Positions 24,901 to 38,530 of a DNA stretch of 64,000 bases are shown here, piece after piece. The DNA is from Kudoa neothunni. Taxonomy: Eukaryota > Animalia > Cnidaria. Each line of letters starts with the position of its first letter. The stretch's first letter is position 1. A model generated the notes under the pieces. The model was not told the origin of the DNA, did no database searches, and was given only the letters and a program-made list of their open reading frames with translations. Location of the stretch: positions 115,795 to 179,794 of the forward strand of contig OZ199840.1 of assembly GCA_964304625.1 (NCBI GenBank). The letters are read 5' to 3'. The translations under genes were made by a program, and so were the position numbers.

Positions 24901-27320
24901 CAAACTGAAGAATTGTAGATTTTAGACAAAATTTTTGGCTACACCATTTTTAAAAATCAAATAATAATGATCTGTAACAAAATCGTAAAAAATTAAGACC
25001 CTATGAAGTCGAATTTACGTAGTTTCATATTACATCAGAACGAGTCCGCCTATGACAGAAATAACGTCGATTATTCTTTCACATATTTATTTAAAAAGTG
25101 ATAGTTTATCTCAAGTCCCTGCTTTTAAAAAGAAAAGGTGTAAAACTATTTTTTCTTCTAAAATGAAACATTTTTTAAACTCTCCTATAGGCGGTACGTC
25201 CCAAAACCCAACATTGATATAATATTTTAAAAATATTATATCGCTGGTGTATGAATGAAACTATTTTAACTACAACCAAAAAAGATAAGTTAAGTATGCC
25301 TAAAGTTTCAGCGTGATTCAAAAAAATCCGACAACTCTGCAAATCACCCTTCGAGAACAGAAACAAGCTTAATGGGAAGGTTTCATTGCAGAAATTGATG
25401 AATTTGTCCTCCACGAAAAAAGAAAAAAATAATCGGGGTAGGCATCTTAAAGAAGACGTATGGAAAACTTTTCAAAATAAAGAATTTTTAGAATCAAGTA
25501 CTAAATCTCGAATTTTATATAATTATGTATATAACGTATTTCTTTTACTTAATAGACGCTGACGATAGAAATGGTAGCGATTATTTCCCCACAGAAGTTG
25601 AATTTTTTGATAAATCCCTCGATAGTATTTTATCATGTCACTACTTTATTAAATAATGTAACTAGATGTTGCAATAAGAAGAGGAAAATATGATGAAAGG
25701 GTTGACGGTCCTTGGATTTTTGGATTGTCTCAATGTAAACTTGACGACATGGGAAAGAGGAAATTCATAGAATTAAGGTACTTCTATGTATAGAAGAAGA
25801 TTTCGGTGACACTTTTGCCCATTATCGAAAGAGAAATCCACGGAGGGTCAGCCATATCCAATGACGAATGGTCCACGTGAGCTTGGCTATGACTATGTTA
25901 AGGTCAACCACTCGAAGGGATACGTGCAGAATGGCCCCCATATAAATAGTATCTATCGATTCTGGGGAGGCTAAAAACAAAATTTATTCGCATGAAACGG
26001 GGGGTATCATTCTCAAATCTTGTGGAATACCTTATTGAAGAATGGTACCAATTCATCATGGGCGAGAAAATAAATCTTTTCAACAACATTTTAAAAACAA
26101 TTTATCTTTGTTTTAATTAGATTATCGTATATTTGTTTTTAAAAATATTCATATTTTAGTCTTTTTTTCTATGTACAAAAAATCGAATAAATGGACAAAT
26201 AAACTATTCCAATAAAGATAGGTTAGTTATTTAAGAATTCATTAGATAAACTAATATTTACTACACAACATTTTCTGAATTTAATTAGGGCAAAATTTTA
26301 ATAAGTGAACAATTTTTATATAAAAATAATTAAATGCTTGGGTACACTTAGAAAATCGATTAGCTGAATAATTTTATTAAAAAAATATCCCAGAGAATTT
26401 GTTATAGCGGTAGAATTATTCTTATAAATTCACTAAAATGGATATTATGAAATCAGATAAGGATTATTTGAAGATAAATTCAAAAAATTATATTTTTCAT
26501 TTACGGAACTTGAATAATTCAATATTCACATTCTCGACAAAATATCACGTTTATAAAAAATTAGTTATTAAATATTATTAAAAAATCTTTTTTCCAACAT
26601 TTGAGATTTTTTAAATTTACTCAAATAGAGTATTTTGAGAAATTTGCATATAATACTTTATTATCCTGATTGAATTTATTTACATAACCTTAAAAATATT
26701 CTATTTAATATTTTGATAAATGCTGTATTATATTTATTATTTTATGACATATATAACAATTAATAATTTTTTTTGAAGATAATGGACACATTTAAACGGC
26801 AACTTTAAAAAAATAAATAATATTAAAATTTTTCATGATCGCATTTTCAAACAAATTCAGTCATATGACTTTATCCAGTAAATATAAATTTACGAAAAAA
26901 AATAAAAACTAAACATCATTTTTTTGCCTAATAAATCGCAATGAGATTTACATTTCATCAATTGGATATAAACAAATTGATTTTCTCAGTTTGTAAAATG
27001 TAGCACCATTTATAATGAGCACTTAAACTTTTTTTGTTCAAATAATTATCTTAAAAAATAATTCAGGTGATTTAACATAACGAATATGTTAAAATATGTG
27101 ACAAATAATGAAATTGGCAAATTTTTGTAAACAAAAGGACATTAGACGTGGGGATGATTTTGATCAAAGTGGGATATGGTTAAAATTTAGAAGTTATTTC
27201 TTAAGGAAGAATTTTTACTCAACATATTTATTGAATTAATAAGAATTATAAAAAATTAGAGACAACAAAGACGCGCAAGGGGGTGTTTTCAGGTGTTACA
27301 GGCTTTATAATTACCGCCCC
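21995..27320 (+). mobile_element. Outer Merlin/IS1595-like element with long TIRs and decayed plus-strand transposase
   Basis: About 250 bp imperfect inverted repeats (21995-22240 and 27075-27320; taattataaagcctgt / acaggctttataatta). N-terminal ORF at 22325. Remnants at 25300-26100: EIDE, KNNRGR, GPWIFGL, TLLPIIEREI, NDEW, VNHS. The left end is degenerate, so the boundary is approximate. Confidence 0.75.
22510..25050 (-). mobile_element. Inner Merlin/IS1595-like element nested in the outer one
   Basis: Imperfect inverted repeats of about 180 bp (ccttaatcctcattatgt / acataatgaggattaagg). Minus-strand fragments GGEGFVVEIDES, GGLWVFGL, TTIYCDEWKAY, HITVNHS, HSNTIES match the ISXO2/Merlin DDE signature. 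Boundaries approximate. Confidence 0.85.
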
Positions 27321-28169
27321 TTGTTTATTAATTCCAAAGCTCATTCAAACAATTCTTTTTTTAATTTCTTTATATTAAGATACTAAAAATCTAGTTGATT
27401 TTTTCGATTTTGACATTTCTTTAAGATTAGCTTTTCGCTCTCTCCGTCGTCTCACTAACTCCCGCGGAATTCCAATCCCTTTTCTCACAAATCTACATTC
27501 ATGTTCATTTGCATGGTCTAAGGCTTTTAACTCATAGCTGTCTAATTGACTCTTTGTTTATCCATGACAAGGATTTACGAGTATCAAAAAGTGCTAAAGT
27601 TATCGGAAAGTTCCCTTTGATCTAAATGTAAATAGTTTTGTGCTAGTACTGATAAAGAATATTAAATATGATCCTAATTTTGTTACGTAACTGATACATT
27701 ACACTTGTTCTACTAAATGTTACAATCAGACCTACATGGAATTCGAAATTGTAACCATACAACGTGTAAAAAAAAGTATCAAATATATTGCTCTATACAT
27801 ATTATAGATGTCTTAATTCCGGCTGTACACAGTTTGGGATATAAAAGGATTTAAATGAATATATTATTAGTAGCATCAGATTTAACATAACGCTGTGGAT
27901 CGGTAGGATCACTTCATATTTGATTTGCGTAAAGGACACCATACCAATGTTTAACGAACTCAATCTGATACTCGCATCTAAGTATACGCACAATTATAAT
28001 AACATTTTCGGAAAAGCTCATGCAAATCTCCAAAGTATGGCCGATAAAAAGTTTGCGACCAAAACGCGATTATATATGGTAAATATTAAATCAGATTTTT
28101 TGATCTGAACACTTAATAATCGAAATTTCTCTAACTAGATAGTAGGGAAAAATTCGTAAATGGGGGAAA

Positions 28170-31100
28170 TTAATTTTTCTTCTTGAAAACCACGAATCCA
28201 ATAGCACCCATGATCAAAGCTCCAATAGCTGCCACTGCAATTATTCTAAAATAATATTAGTTAAATTGTAGGAACATAATAAAGTAATACATGACCATGG
28301 TTTTAGAACTAAATAAAATATTTAATTATTTTAAAAATATTAATTAATAAACCTTGAACTGCTTTTGGCTCCTAAAAGTTACAATTTTAAATTATTTTCG
28401 AAGTAATAATGCTTTACCTTGCTCAATCGTAGCCGTCCCATAACTGTTTTATCGGTGGAACTGTACACAGTCAAATGATAATTGTTGCCATCTGCTAATC
28501 CACTGATAGTGAATGATTTGCATGGGGGGAACTTTTTACATCCTTTATCCCTTGGACTCATGCATTTTTTAATAATTGCTATCGATTTGGTACTCGCATT
28601 ACGTAATTCCCACTTACATTTGGATTTTTCATTAAGACTAGATGGTAGGGTGTTTTTCTATAACAAATGATTCACCATCCCTTGTTATTGTCACATATAT
28701 TATTTTGTCGTTTTCTGTGGGATTCCCCTTTGGAGCAGCTATTTATTTTAAATATTAATATAATAATAATATCGAAAATATTTTTACTAGCTACTAAAGT
28801 AATTTCATTTCGCTCTGATTTTCCCACTGCAGTAATAGACACTTTATACTCTTCATTTGCATCATAGTCGCTGAATTTAATAGAACTGCACAATGGAAAT
28901 GAGGAGCATGTGTTTGAATTGACCGGGCTCGCAGTTGTATCAACTGTTGTAGCTGGGGCAACATTTGTGTCAGTTTCAGTTTGAGTAATAGATTCAGCTC
29001 TTGCAATTTTTAATTCATTAATTTCTGATTTTAGACTTTGAATTTTACTAGTACCAGTTTGTCCTTGGTCGGGATTAGGACTGGATTCGTCTGGTGAGCT
29101 TGGTGGAGTATTTTGAGTTTCTGGCACAGCTGCCGGTGTCTGTGATGCTTCGCAGACGTAAACATCTTCAAACCCGTCATCTTTTTTTATTTGGATTGTA
29201 TAATGACAAAATGGCTTCTGGGACTTTTTTGGACAATTGTGCATTTAATTCCAATCCTTGTTCAGTGTATTTTTGAGTTATTCTCAAGGTTGCCAGATCT
29301 AGATTGAGTTAATAAGTTAACTTTTTGAGAAATATACTCGTCGTAACATTTTCATATATGTGTTCCTTGTAATCCTTATCAGCAATGACCTTAACGTCGT
29401 AAGAAGTATTTGGTTCAAGATCAACAATAGTTATTGGTTCTCTACATCTTCCTCTACAGGGATTGGTTTCAGTACATTTAGCGGTGTAAAATGTATTTTT
29501 CCCGGCTGGGACTTATGTAATACTCGCAGTTTGGCTCACCATTTTTATTTGTCTCTGGTTCGCCTCCAATAGCTGTTAATGTAGTTGTTGATTCTGTTTT
29601 AGTAGGGGAGGTTGCTTGAAAATTTTTATTATCCGTTTTATCTTTTAAAGATTATTAGTTTTGCTGATTTTTAATTTCAAATTATTACTTGTCCATATCA
29701 ATATTTGTTCGTTTAAAGTAGCTGGATTGCTGCCACCAGTTAATGCGATTTCAAGAATATAAGGTTTTCCTGCAGTTAATTCTTCAATTACTAATTTTTC
29801 GCAACCAATTTTGCAATCACCACTATTATCAGTCTTTTTAGTGGCCGTGTTACATTTAGTGATTGATGCAGTGTGTTTGATTTTGTCAGCTGGGTAATGT
29901 TTTAAAGTGCAACCAGTAAACTGTGTGCCTGATCCTGGCTTAAAAACTGCTGCGTCAAAAGATACACCTTTATTGGTATAATCTGACAACAAACCGTTTC
30001 CAGTCTCCGATATTGCTTAAAAATTTATAAAAGTTAATATTGACTAAAATAAATTACGAAATTTTTTTTGAGAAAATCCATCTAAATCACCAATAGAAGT
30101 CTTTGAAAGATCGTGATGCCTGGTTTGTACTAAGACGTTGTAAATATCTTTTGTTGCAGTCAGGGTAAGCTCAACATCTTTGCATGGTGCGTAACATTTT
30201 CCATCCTGATTTCCACAGTTTGATTCGAATTGTTTGCTATTTCCTGCAGATGTTCCATCTTTAATACCAAAAACACAGATCTCAGATGCTAGTGTTAAAT
30301 CTGTGAATTTAAGAACAACTTGATTTGCAGCTCCTGTCTTTTTAGTAACATAATACTGAGGCTCGTAAATGGCCATATTATCCTTCATATACGCATTTGG
30401 CATATAGTAAAAGAAACTTGGATAATTAACACATCTCATCTCATAGTGAGGAACCAATAAGTCAAATTCAACCTCATTATCTCCGTTTGCTGTGTCGCAT
30501 GTTCCTCCTACAGTACCCGCTTTGAATTGTGCGTCTTTGTAATGAATAGGACACGCAACTGGAGAACAGGTTTTTGTTAGGAATCTCAATTTCTCGTTAT
30601 TCTTAGACATTGTTACTTGAGGATTTACCAGTAACGCTAAATTGAATAATATGATTTATTGATTCAAATTTGTTTAGATTACGTATGGCCAATCCAAACA
30701 CTTTTCCACCTTTTGGATAAGTCGCTACATTAACAGTGCTCATTTCAGTATTATCATATACATATATATATTTTGTTCGTGGGGTGAGTTTATCATAAGG
30801 AACTTTACTATCTTCACTTTCGCAAGAAATTATGCAATAACGACTGCTATTTTCGGTGGTACTATATCCAGGGCAGTCCGTTATTTCTTCATATGCAGCT
30901 GCCCCTGTTTGGATACCATCGTTTGCGGCTCCATTAGACTTCAATAATCGGCACTTTTTATTATTTGAATAAGTAGAGCCACCAAGTGTGTGCTTTATTA
31001 CATTTGAGCTAGTGCTACTATCATATTCAATGTGATATTTGAGTGTTGCTGGAGGATCGGGTGCTGCATTACTTTCAATCAAATAAAGAAATGTAATTTG

Positions 31101-31181
31101 TACAACTATTATTTGTTAAATAATTATTATAAAACATTATATACAGAATACATGATGTAGGAATTTTTGTATTGCTATCAT
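28170..31181 (-). pseudogene. Surface-protein paralogue D, four 1-nt homopolymer indels as assembled (pseudogene or sequencing error)
   Basis: Same 10-exon layout, ATG at 31181, stop at 28170-28172. Indels at 29508-29510 (+G), 29208-29211 (+A), 28653-28657 (+T) and 28442-28443 (-A), all in homopolymer runs. Confidence 0.8.
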
Positions 31182-33937
31182 TAAAGAGATGGGAAAACAA
31201 TTACAACTGAATATATGAATGCTATATGAATGTCGATTTTTGCGTCGGATAAGGAAATGAATTGGAACGAAAAATTTTTTAATAGTATTATTTTTCTTTA
31301 ATAATAGATTTTATCCTTATAAATATTATTTTTTTTTCTTAATATTATATTATTCAATAACTTTAGAATTGAAAAATGAACTGTGGCCTAAAATTACGAA
31401 AAATTTGGAATATTATGATAATACTTTTGACTTACTATTAAGATAATTAAAAAATATAAATCCTAAGGTTCAACATTTATTTTTTTATTAAAGTAGATTA
31501 ATTTGAAAAGCGATAACCGTACAATTTAGAATGACCCATGATAAAATCATTATTATTTCACGTAGTTTTAGGAAAAGCACGCTTCTAAAACGACAAATAT
31601 ACATAATTATAACTGTTTGCAATGGTAAATTGATTAATTTCGATAATATTTTGGTACCGACTGGCACAGTTTATACCTCGAATGGTCGCACATAATCAAA
31701 TTTTTACTTTTCTTATCAATATTGTTATTATTTTATAATATACTCGTTTTTCAAAGTTGCAAAAAATAATATTTTATTATAATGGAAATGATAAATGAAT
31801 CAAAATAATTGTTCAACAACACTAATTAATAAAGGTACTCGTTTTTATTGATAATCTCTAAAAAAGTAAAGGATATTGAAAGAATCATATCTTTGTTAGA
31901 AAATTATCATAGAAGATCATTCAAAATTAATCCATTCATCAATATAGTTATTTATTAACAAAAATATTTACTATATACAAAATTATGAAGTAGAATTTAC
32001 TTATAGATTAATTTATAAATATTATTACAAAATCAAACATTTTGTTATACGAAACAACCAATTTTTGGTTTATTCGGCATCAGAAATTTAACATTTATTA
32101 ACTAAAAAAATTCAAATAGGTTGCTAAAAACTTTATTTTTATAATAAATACATTATCAACAACAATACTCGTTTATTTTATTATTTAATGTTGAAAAACT
32201 AAAATATCATTTTAACCGTGACAGTAAAAGAAAAATAATTCGTTTTATAAGTCAAGAATACATAAAATAAGAGATTATAAGACATAAATATTACAAATTT
32301 TTGTATTACATTAAATTATAAAAAAATTATTTAGTTTTAAAATATCCTGTATTGACATAGATGGTGAATCGTATTAGAGAAGTCGCTTAAATTGAAATTA
32401 ATTTGTTTATCTAAAATATGCAGTAATAAAACAAATTCATTTTCTATTCAAAATTAAATAAACAACAATGATATCTCCACGAATAAAAATATATTCTGGA
32501 CAAAATGTGAAGTAATTCCACTGTTATTTTTCTATACATGAAAATAGTCTATTTAATTATTTAATCAAATTAACCAAATTATTTTAATATAATATAATAT
32601 AAATTAAATTATAATTTTTATTTTGGGCAGTTTAGAAATGAATGTTTTTTCACTCAGTAAATTTTAAACTTATTAAAACATCTGTACTTCTCATATTTCT
32701 GAACATACCAAAAGATTATTGAATAAAAATATTATTTATAAAAAATAAAAATTTATCAGTTGTAGTTTTTTGAATGTCCGAATTAAAATTAAATATATTA
32801 AATTGCATCCATGTTAGAATACTGAAATAACCCAAACCTGCAATATATTGTATCGATATTAAATAATTGAAATATTTTTATAGATAGGATAAATCAAAAT
32901 GGAAATTTTTGGTATCTAAAACACAATGTTCGTTATTTCATTAAGCAGGAATATTGATTTAATAAAGATTAAACTAAAAACTTCTCTACGCAATTCTAAT
33001 TAAAATTCATTTTTAAATGATATATTTAAAATAACATTAATATAAATTTTTCAATAATACATCAACTCAAATGCCGAAAATGTCATTCCACGTTAAATGA
33101 TCTTATCTCCATTTTTTTAGTACATAATTTAATAAAATATACCATTCTTGACTCTATGGTGCCGTCAGACGTAGGAAACATGAGGCATTATTAAAAATAT
33201 CCGTTTATGGATCAATATCCGATCAATGTAAGTATTTCATTTTGTGTACATTCTTGCTATTGTATAACTCATAGGGTAGATGTTTCTTTGTATAATTTTT
33301 ATTTTTTTCTGATAAATAACTACTTAATTTGTAAAATATATCTACTTATCAAAGTATAAAATTGTTATTCAAAATTTTTTTATGAATTTAACTTTATACT
33401 CAATGAAATTATAAAAAATTTATTAAATGTCATCAATATTAATTAACTAAATGTATAATTATCTTATATAAGTATGAGATGAATTAAAGAATTTGTCATA
33501 ATTAGCATAACAAAATAATAAGACTAATCAAAAATCAATACTTATTTTTTAATAAAAATTTTGTATTAATATCTCTCATAACATAAAATGAGATAATAAT
33601 GTATGAAAATAAATTCACTGAATTTATTAAAAAATTTTGTTAGAACATACCAATCCGAAATCAATAGAGAAATTAAAGAAGGTAATTCTGACCTATCTAA
33701 AATTTTACAAAGATCAAAAATAACAATACTATTTATATAAAAACTTTATTAAATTAATTTTCACCCTCTAACTACGTAAAATAAACGTACCCCTAACGAC
33801 ATTAGGGTTGATTTAACCCCAGATTTTCGTTGGATCATTATATTTGTAAAATTAATATAAAGTAAAATGCGAAGTTTTAAAAAATTCATAAGAACAGATT
33901 TCTAGGAAAATACAGAATATTGATACTATTAAGATCC

Positions 33938-34450
33938 TTTAATCCTATCGGATTATTTCGCAAACTGTTCGAAACCTTATATAAACGGGGCCAGCGTATG
34001 AAATGTGTATTTTTGGCTAAAATAAGTAGACGACTAAATAAAATAAAATATAAATTAATTGTTTATTTTGATCAATCCAAACAGGGTTTGACGAGTAATC
34101 TTTACAATAATATCGTTGGCAGATTTCACAACATAAGGTCGTTTTCTTGTCGTTTTTCCAAGTACATAATTGGCATCTTGATTGTGATTTCGAATTTTGA
34201 GGAAAATTATGTTTAATTCGAATGGATGTAAGCATCTTTTTGATTATTTTTTCAGTTTTAGTATTTCTACTAAGAAGTAGCCTATGCAATAATTTTGCCA
34301 TTTCATTAAAAACTCTTCTTTTTGGGGGTTTTCTAGAAAAATGTTCTTATAAATAGAGAGGCGTTGATTAATGAGATATCAATCACGTTATAAAATGTTA
34401 CGACTGGTCATCTTCTACAGAACGTACGAACGGATACTGAAAATATCATC
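33938..34450 (-). mobile_element. piggyBac transposase 3' fragment
   Basis: RR*PVVTFYNVIDISLINA-like segment and Cys-rich tail RCQLC...CCEICQRYYCKD (ORF 34017-34301). Confidence 0.65.
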
Positions 34451-34539
34451 TCATCGAAATGGATAAAACTCGTATGCGACCGCGCGGTGGGCACAGTTGA
34501 CAAACAAAGCTATGGCGAGAAAGGATAATTCCAATAATA

Positions 34540-35760
34540 AGCATTTTCTATTAAAAACACAACGCGAAAATGATAAAATTCTTCAGATGGATTTTTTTAC
34601 GTTAATGATTACGATATGAATAACACACAATATTGGAGATGTGACGTCAGTAAATGTAAGGGCCGATTATCGACGACGCTTAGTGATAAAATTGATAACA
34701 TCGAGAACAGAGGTTATCACGACCACACAGTATCTTATGAAAAAATCGATAAAAATATTTCCAACTGTGACGTAAAATTACTGACTGAAAATAATCATTA
34801 TCCAACCTTCAAAATTTATTCAATAATAATTTCATCAAACAGAATAAATGAAATACTCATAATTACCCCAAAAAATATTTACAAAAATATCCAGAGCGCT
34901 CGAAAGAGAAATCATGTTAATGTGGATTTGGAACCGATTTAAATAAACAAAAATTTCTTACGCATAGGCAAGAACAGTGTTGTTTGTATGATTCTAGGTT
35001 CAAGTCGAGTAACAGAATTATAATGCTCACAACAAGTAATAATACATTACACCTAAATAATCGCCAAACGTGGGTATCTAGTGATACGTTTAATGTGACT
35101 CTAATACATTTTATCAAGTATACATAATCCACGGAAAAATATTTGGCAGAATTTTCCCGTGGATTTTTATCTAAATGGCTGATAAATCCCGTGAGAGATA
35201 TGAAAAGGTTTTGTTGATATTAAAAGACAAAACTAACATTCAATTCCCCAAAAGTATTATAATTGATTTCGAACGTCCCGCTTTCAATGTTTTTAAAAAA
35301 ATGAAAACACTCTAACATATTTTACTATTTATGTAATTTTGGGAAATGTATATGAGGAAAAATCCAAATTTAAGTTTGAACACCAGATATTGCAATGATT
35401 CTGATTTCGCCTGTTTATCAAGTGTTTTATGTCGTTAGTCTTTGTAACTCCCCATAAAATAAAGCACGAATTTGAAAAAATAAAGGGAAAATCCAACAAT
35501 CTTGAGATAAGTGAATTATCTTCATTTATTAACTATTTCCACAATAATTTTATTCAAACTTACAAGTATCAAAATTTATCATGGAATGTGCATGAAAGAA
35601 TAGTGGATGGAACTGATCTAACAACTAATGCTGTCGAGAATTTTCACCGTCATTTTTAAGGCCGTTTTGATCTAGTGAATCCTTGATTACCAATATTCAC
35701 TGAGAAAATAAAAGAGACGCTGAGCCTTGTTTAACAATATATTAAATTTCTTATGTGAAA
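34540..35760 (+). mobile_element. Decayed MULE (Mutator-like) transposase with FLYWCH-like domain
   Basis: YWRC..KCKGRL..HDH, IIIDFE, FINYF, WNV and TTNAVENFHRHF spread over shifted frames. Confidence 0.8.
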
Positions 35761-35941
35761 TCCTTCCTCCTCGGACAATTTAAAGAAAGAAGAAAAGTTT
35801 ACCAAATTAAAGGAAATAATGTCGAATTTTCACCGATATTATGGATTATTCTATCTGGATAGCATTGCAAAATCTTATAATTGGAAATCAATTTAGTTTC
35901 ATTCATTATATATTTGGATTTTTTTTGTCGTTTAATAATTA

Positions 35942-37909
35942 TCTCTATATATGTATATATAAAATCTTTTGTCTGTCTGTGTCCACAAGTGCGCTTGTGC
36001 CACGGAGAAACTTTTTTTAAATACAACTTATGGTTTGCATTTGAATAGATGATACCATTAATAACAATCGTTCATTTACTTAGAAGTATAAATATAATCA
36101 ATATCGTTATCAGAAGTAAGGAATTTTCTGGTTGTCTATTCAAATAGCAAATTAAAAAGTACCCAGATAATATTGATGTTTGTTTTGCATCAGAGTAATA
36201 GTCAATTAGAATGAACTTTTTTTCATTAAACAAAAAGAAAATCTGTTATTTATGGTATAGAATATTTTAAAAATTTTACATTGCCTGTTCGGAGTAATTT
36301 TAAGACGAATAAGAATATTAACGTCATATTTACAAGAGTTGTTGCATTTCCCTTAAATTTAAGGCATAATCAGATTATTTAGGATGTATTTTCATTTTTC
36401 AAATGCTGAAGATACTTTTTAAGCGAAAAAGATTATGATCATTTTAAATAAAACATAATTCGAGATTTAAGTTGTTGCCATGTTGGAATAATTTGGGTCT
36501 CTATACGAACTCTAAAATGGATGTAAGATGTGTGATGTGTGTAGAGTTTTTAAATAAATATATTTTTGTGATAACTTCTTAAATGAAAATTATGCTCTAT
36601 TGAAATTTTCTAAGATGTGAAAATTCATTCTATCAAATTTATCGATTGAGATTGAAAATATATTCGTCTTTTCGATAAGTTTCTATATTTGATGAGACAA
36701 TTTTTAAATAATGTCTAAGTTCTTAGTAACCTAAGTATTTCCTACCCCCAGACCTTAAGATTAATATTCAAATCAATATACTGTTTTCTTTAGACTCGCA
36801 TTAATTCATTATGATATAAAAGCTGCATAAAAATATGCGACATCTCATGCTATATATAGTTTTAAAAATTTATGTTCACGATTACTTTTGCATAAAAATA
36901 CAGTCCCTTCTCAATACGTGTCATGTAAATTAATAAGAAATTAATAGTCTATTCGATCTAACCTATATTGCCAAAAAGTTTTCGTTAACCTAAGAATAGT
37001 TCAATACGAAGAAATTATTTTAGGGCAATCAAACGGTACGTTCATTTTTACAAGGGTGCATTCCTTCGAGAAAAACAGTTGATATTTAAGCATTATTGTA
37101 ATTTTTCAAACCAAAAACACCTTTATTTTTTAGATTTAATCGTATTTTGATAATTAAATTTGTATACTTTTTTTTAAAAAGAAAGGTTTTATTTATTTAA
37201 AAATCGGAAGATTAGGTTAAAATAGTGAATACGTATGTTACCGCTCACAGCTTTTTAAAACATCATTAACATCCTTTATAAAATTGAAAAAAAGGAGTAA
37301 CAATTAATATTTTTATATCTGACGCATCTGACGCATCTTACGTTGATTTTGTTTTTTTATCGTTTGTAGACTAATAATAAATTTTATAACTAGAAGGATT
37401 AATTTTTATCGCAATATTTTGAAAAGAACTGAGTCCTATTAAAGTTACTTAATGATTTTGTTTATTAAATAAATGAGCTTTAATCGTTATTACATTTTAT
37501 TGCTCATAAAAATAAGGTCATTATATTTTTGGTTATTAATTTGTAAAATAAACTTAAAAATACTCATTAATTTCTCTCAATACCTCTATTTATATTTGAA
37601 TGGAAAGTGCGCGCATAATTTTGTTTATCTAAATCATTACATTGCAAAAAGAATGGTAAGCTTTAAAATGCATAAATTAAAATAGAATAATAAAATTTAC
37701 AGGGTTAACGTACTAATTAGATTAAATCTTCCGTAGAATTTATCCATTCAAAAATAATACTAAAAGTTAAAATTTTACATCACATAGTAGGACACAAAGC
37801 TGGGCATTAACACAATTTACTCAAAAATCAATAAGGCTTTAGTCTGCGTCAGGTTTTATCCCCCTTGGCTGGGTAAGGTAGCCTTCGCGAAGCGGGGCTT
37901 GTACGCTAG
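35942..37909 (+). mobile_element. Non-autonomous Helitron-like element
   Basis: 5' A|TCTCTATATATGTATATATAAAATC followed by GTCT repeats. 3' GC-rich palindrome gccttcgcgaagcggggc followed by CTAG|T. Pairing of these two ends is inferred. Confidence 0.65.
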
Positions 37910-38019
37910 TATAAGTAAAAAATATTTTCAAAATGAGTATAGATACATCTCATGAAAATTGACCTAGTCCAATAAATCGTTCTTTCACAAGTTTAGCACG
38001 AGTTGATTATACCAGGAAT

Positions 38020-38530
38020 GGACATTTCGTTCGTTCGTTCATTCATCAGTACTTTGTGCAAATTTGGAGTCTTGGAGCGAACACGAACTTACCATCTTCG
38101 CCTTAGACTATTTGAAGATACTAAATAACGATATCTAAGAAAGTTGTTAACAGTTATTTTTTCGAGACCTACCGGCATCTCGAGATCCAAGAGGGTTTTT
38201 CCTAATAACGAAAATATCTACAAAAGAGATCGTTAACACATGAACTCATTGACCTTGTTTGAAACTGCCGGTCTATTCCAACAATAAAGTTGATAAATCT
38301 AACTAATAATTATGTCCAATATGAAATATTTAGTTATTCCTTTTAATTTCACATCATAATCAATCTTTTTAACAATTAAAAAAATTGACTGTTTGCCTCC
38401 TTAGTCATAACTTTGATACTCAAATATTTCTGTAACCACCTGAGTCATTGGTTGTGGGAGCTCTTATGCAGTTTGCTTATGTCCGCGTTGGAAAATATAA
38501 GGCGGAAATGATAAAATAATATGCTATGAT
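38020..38530. repeat. Unclassified ~500 bp dispersed repeat; second copy at 60330-60576 plus 63128-63370, split by a piggyBac
   Basis: Shared blocks gagcgaacacgaactta, ttccaacaataaagtt, taaatctaactaata and gcctccttagtcataactttgatact. Confidence 0.85.

Noticed and set aside
34470-36010. Possible TIR pair around the MULE transposase
   Set aside because: The match is weak, and the right-hand sequence is better explained as a Helitron 5' end.
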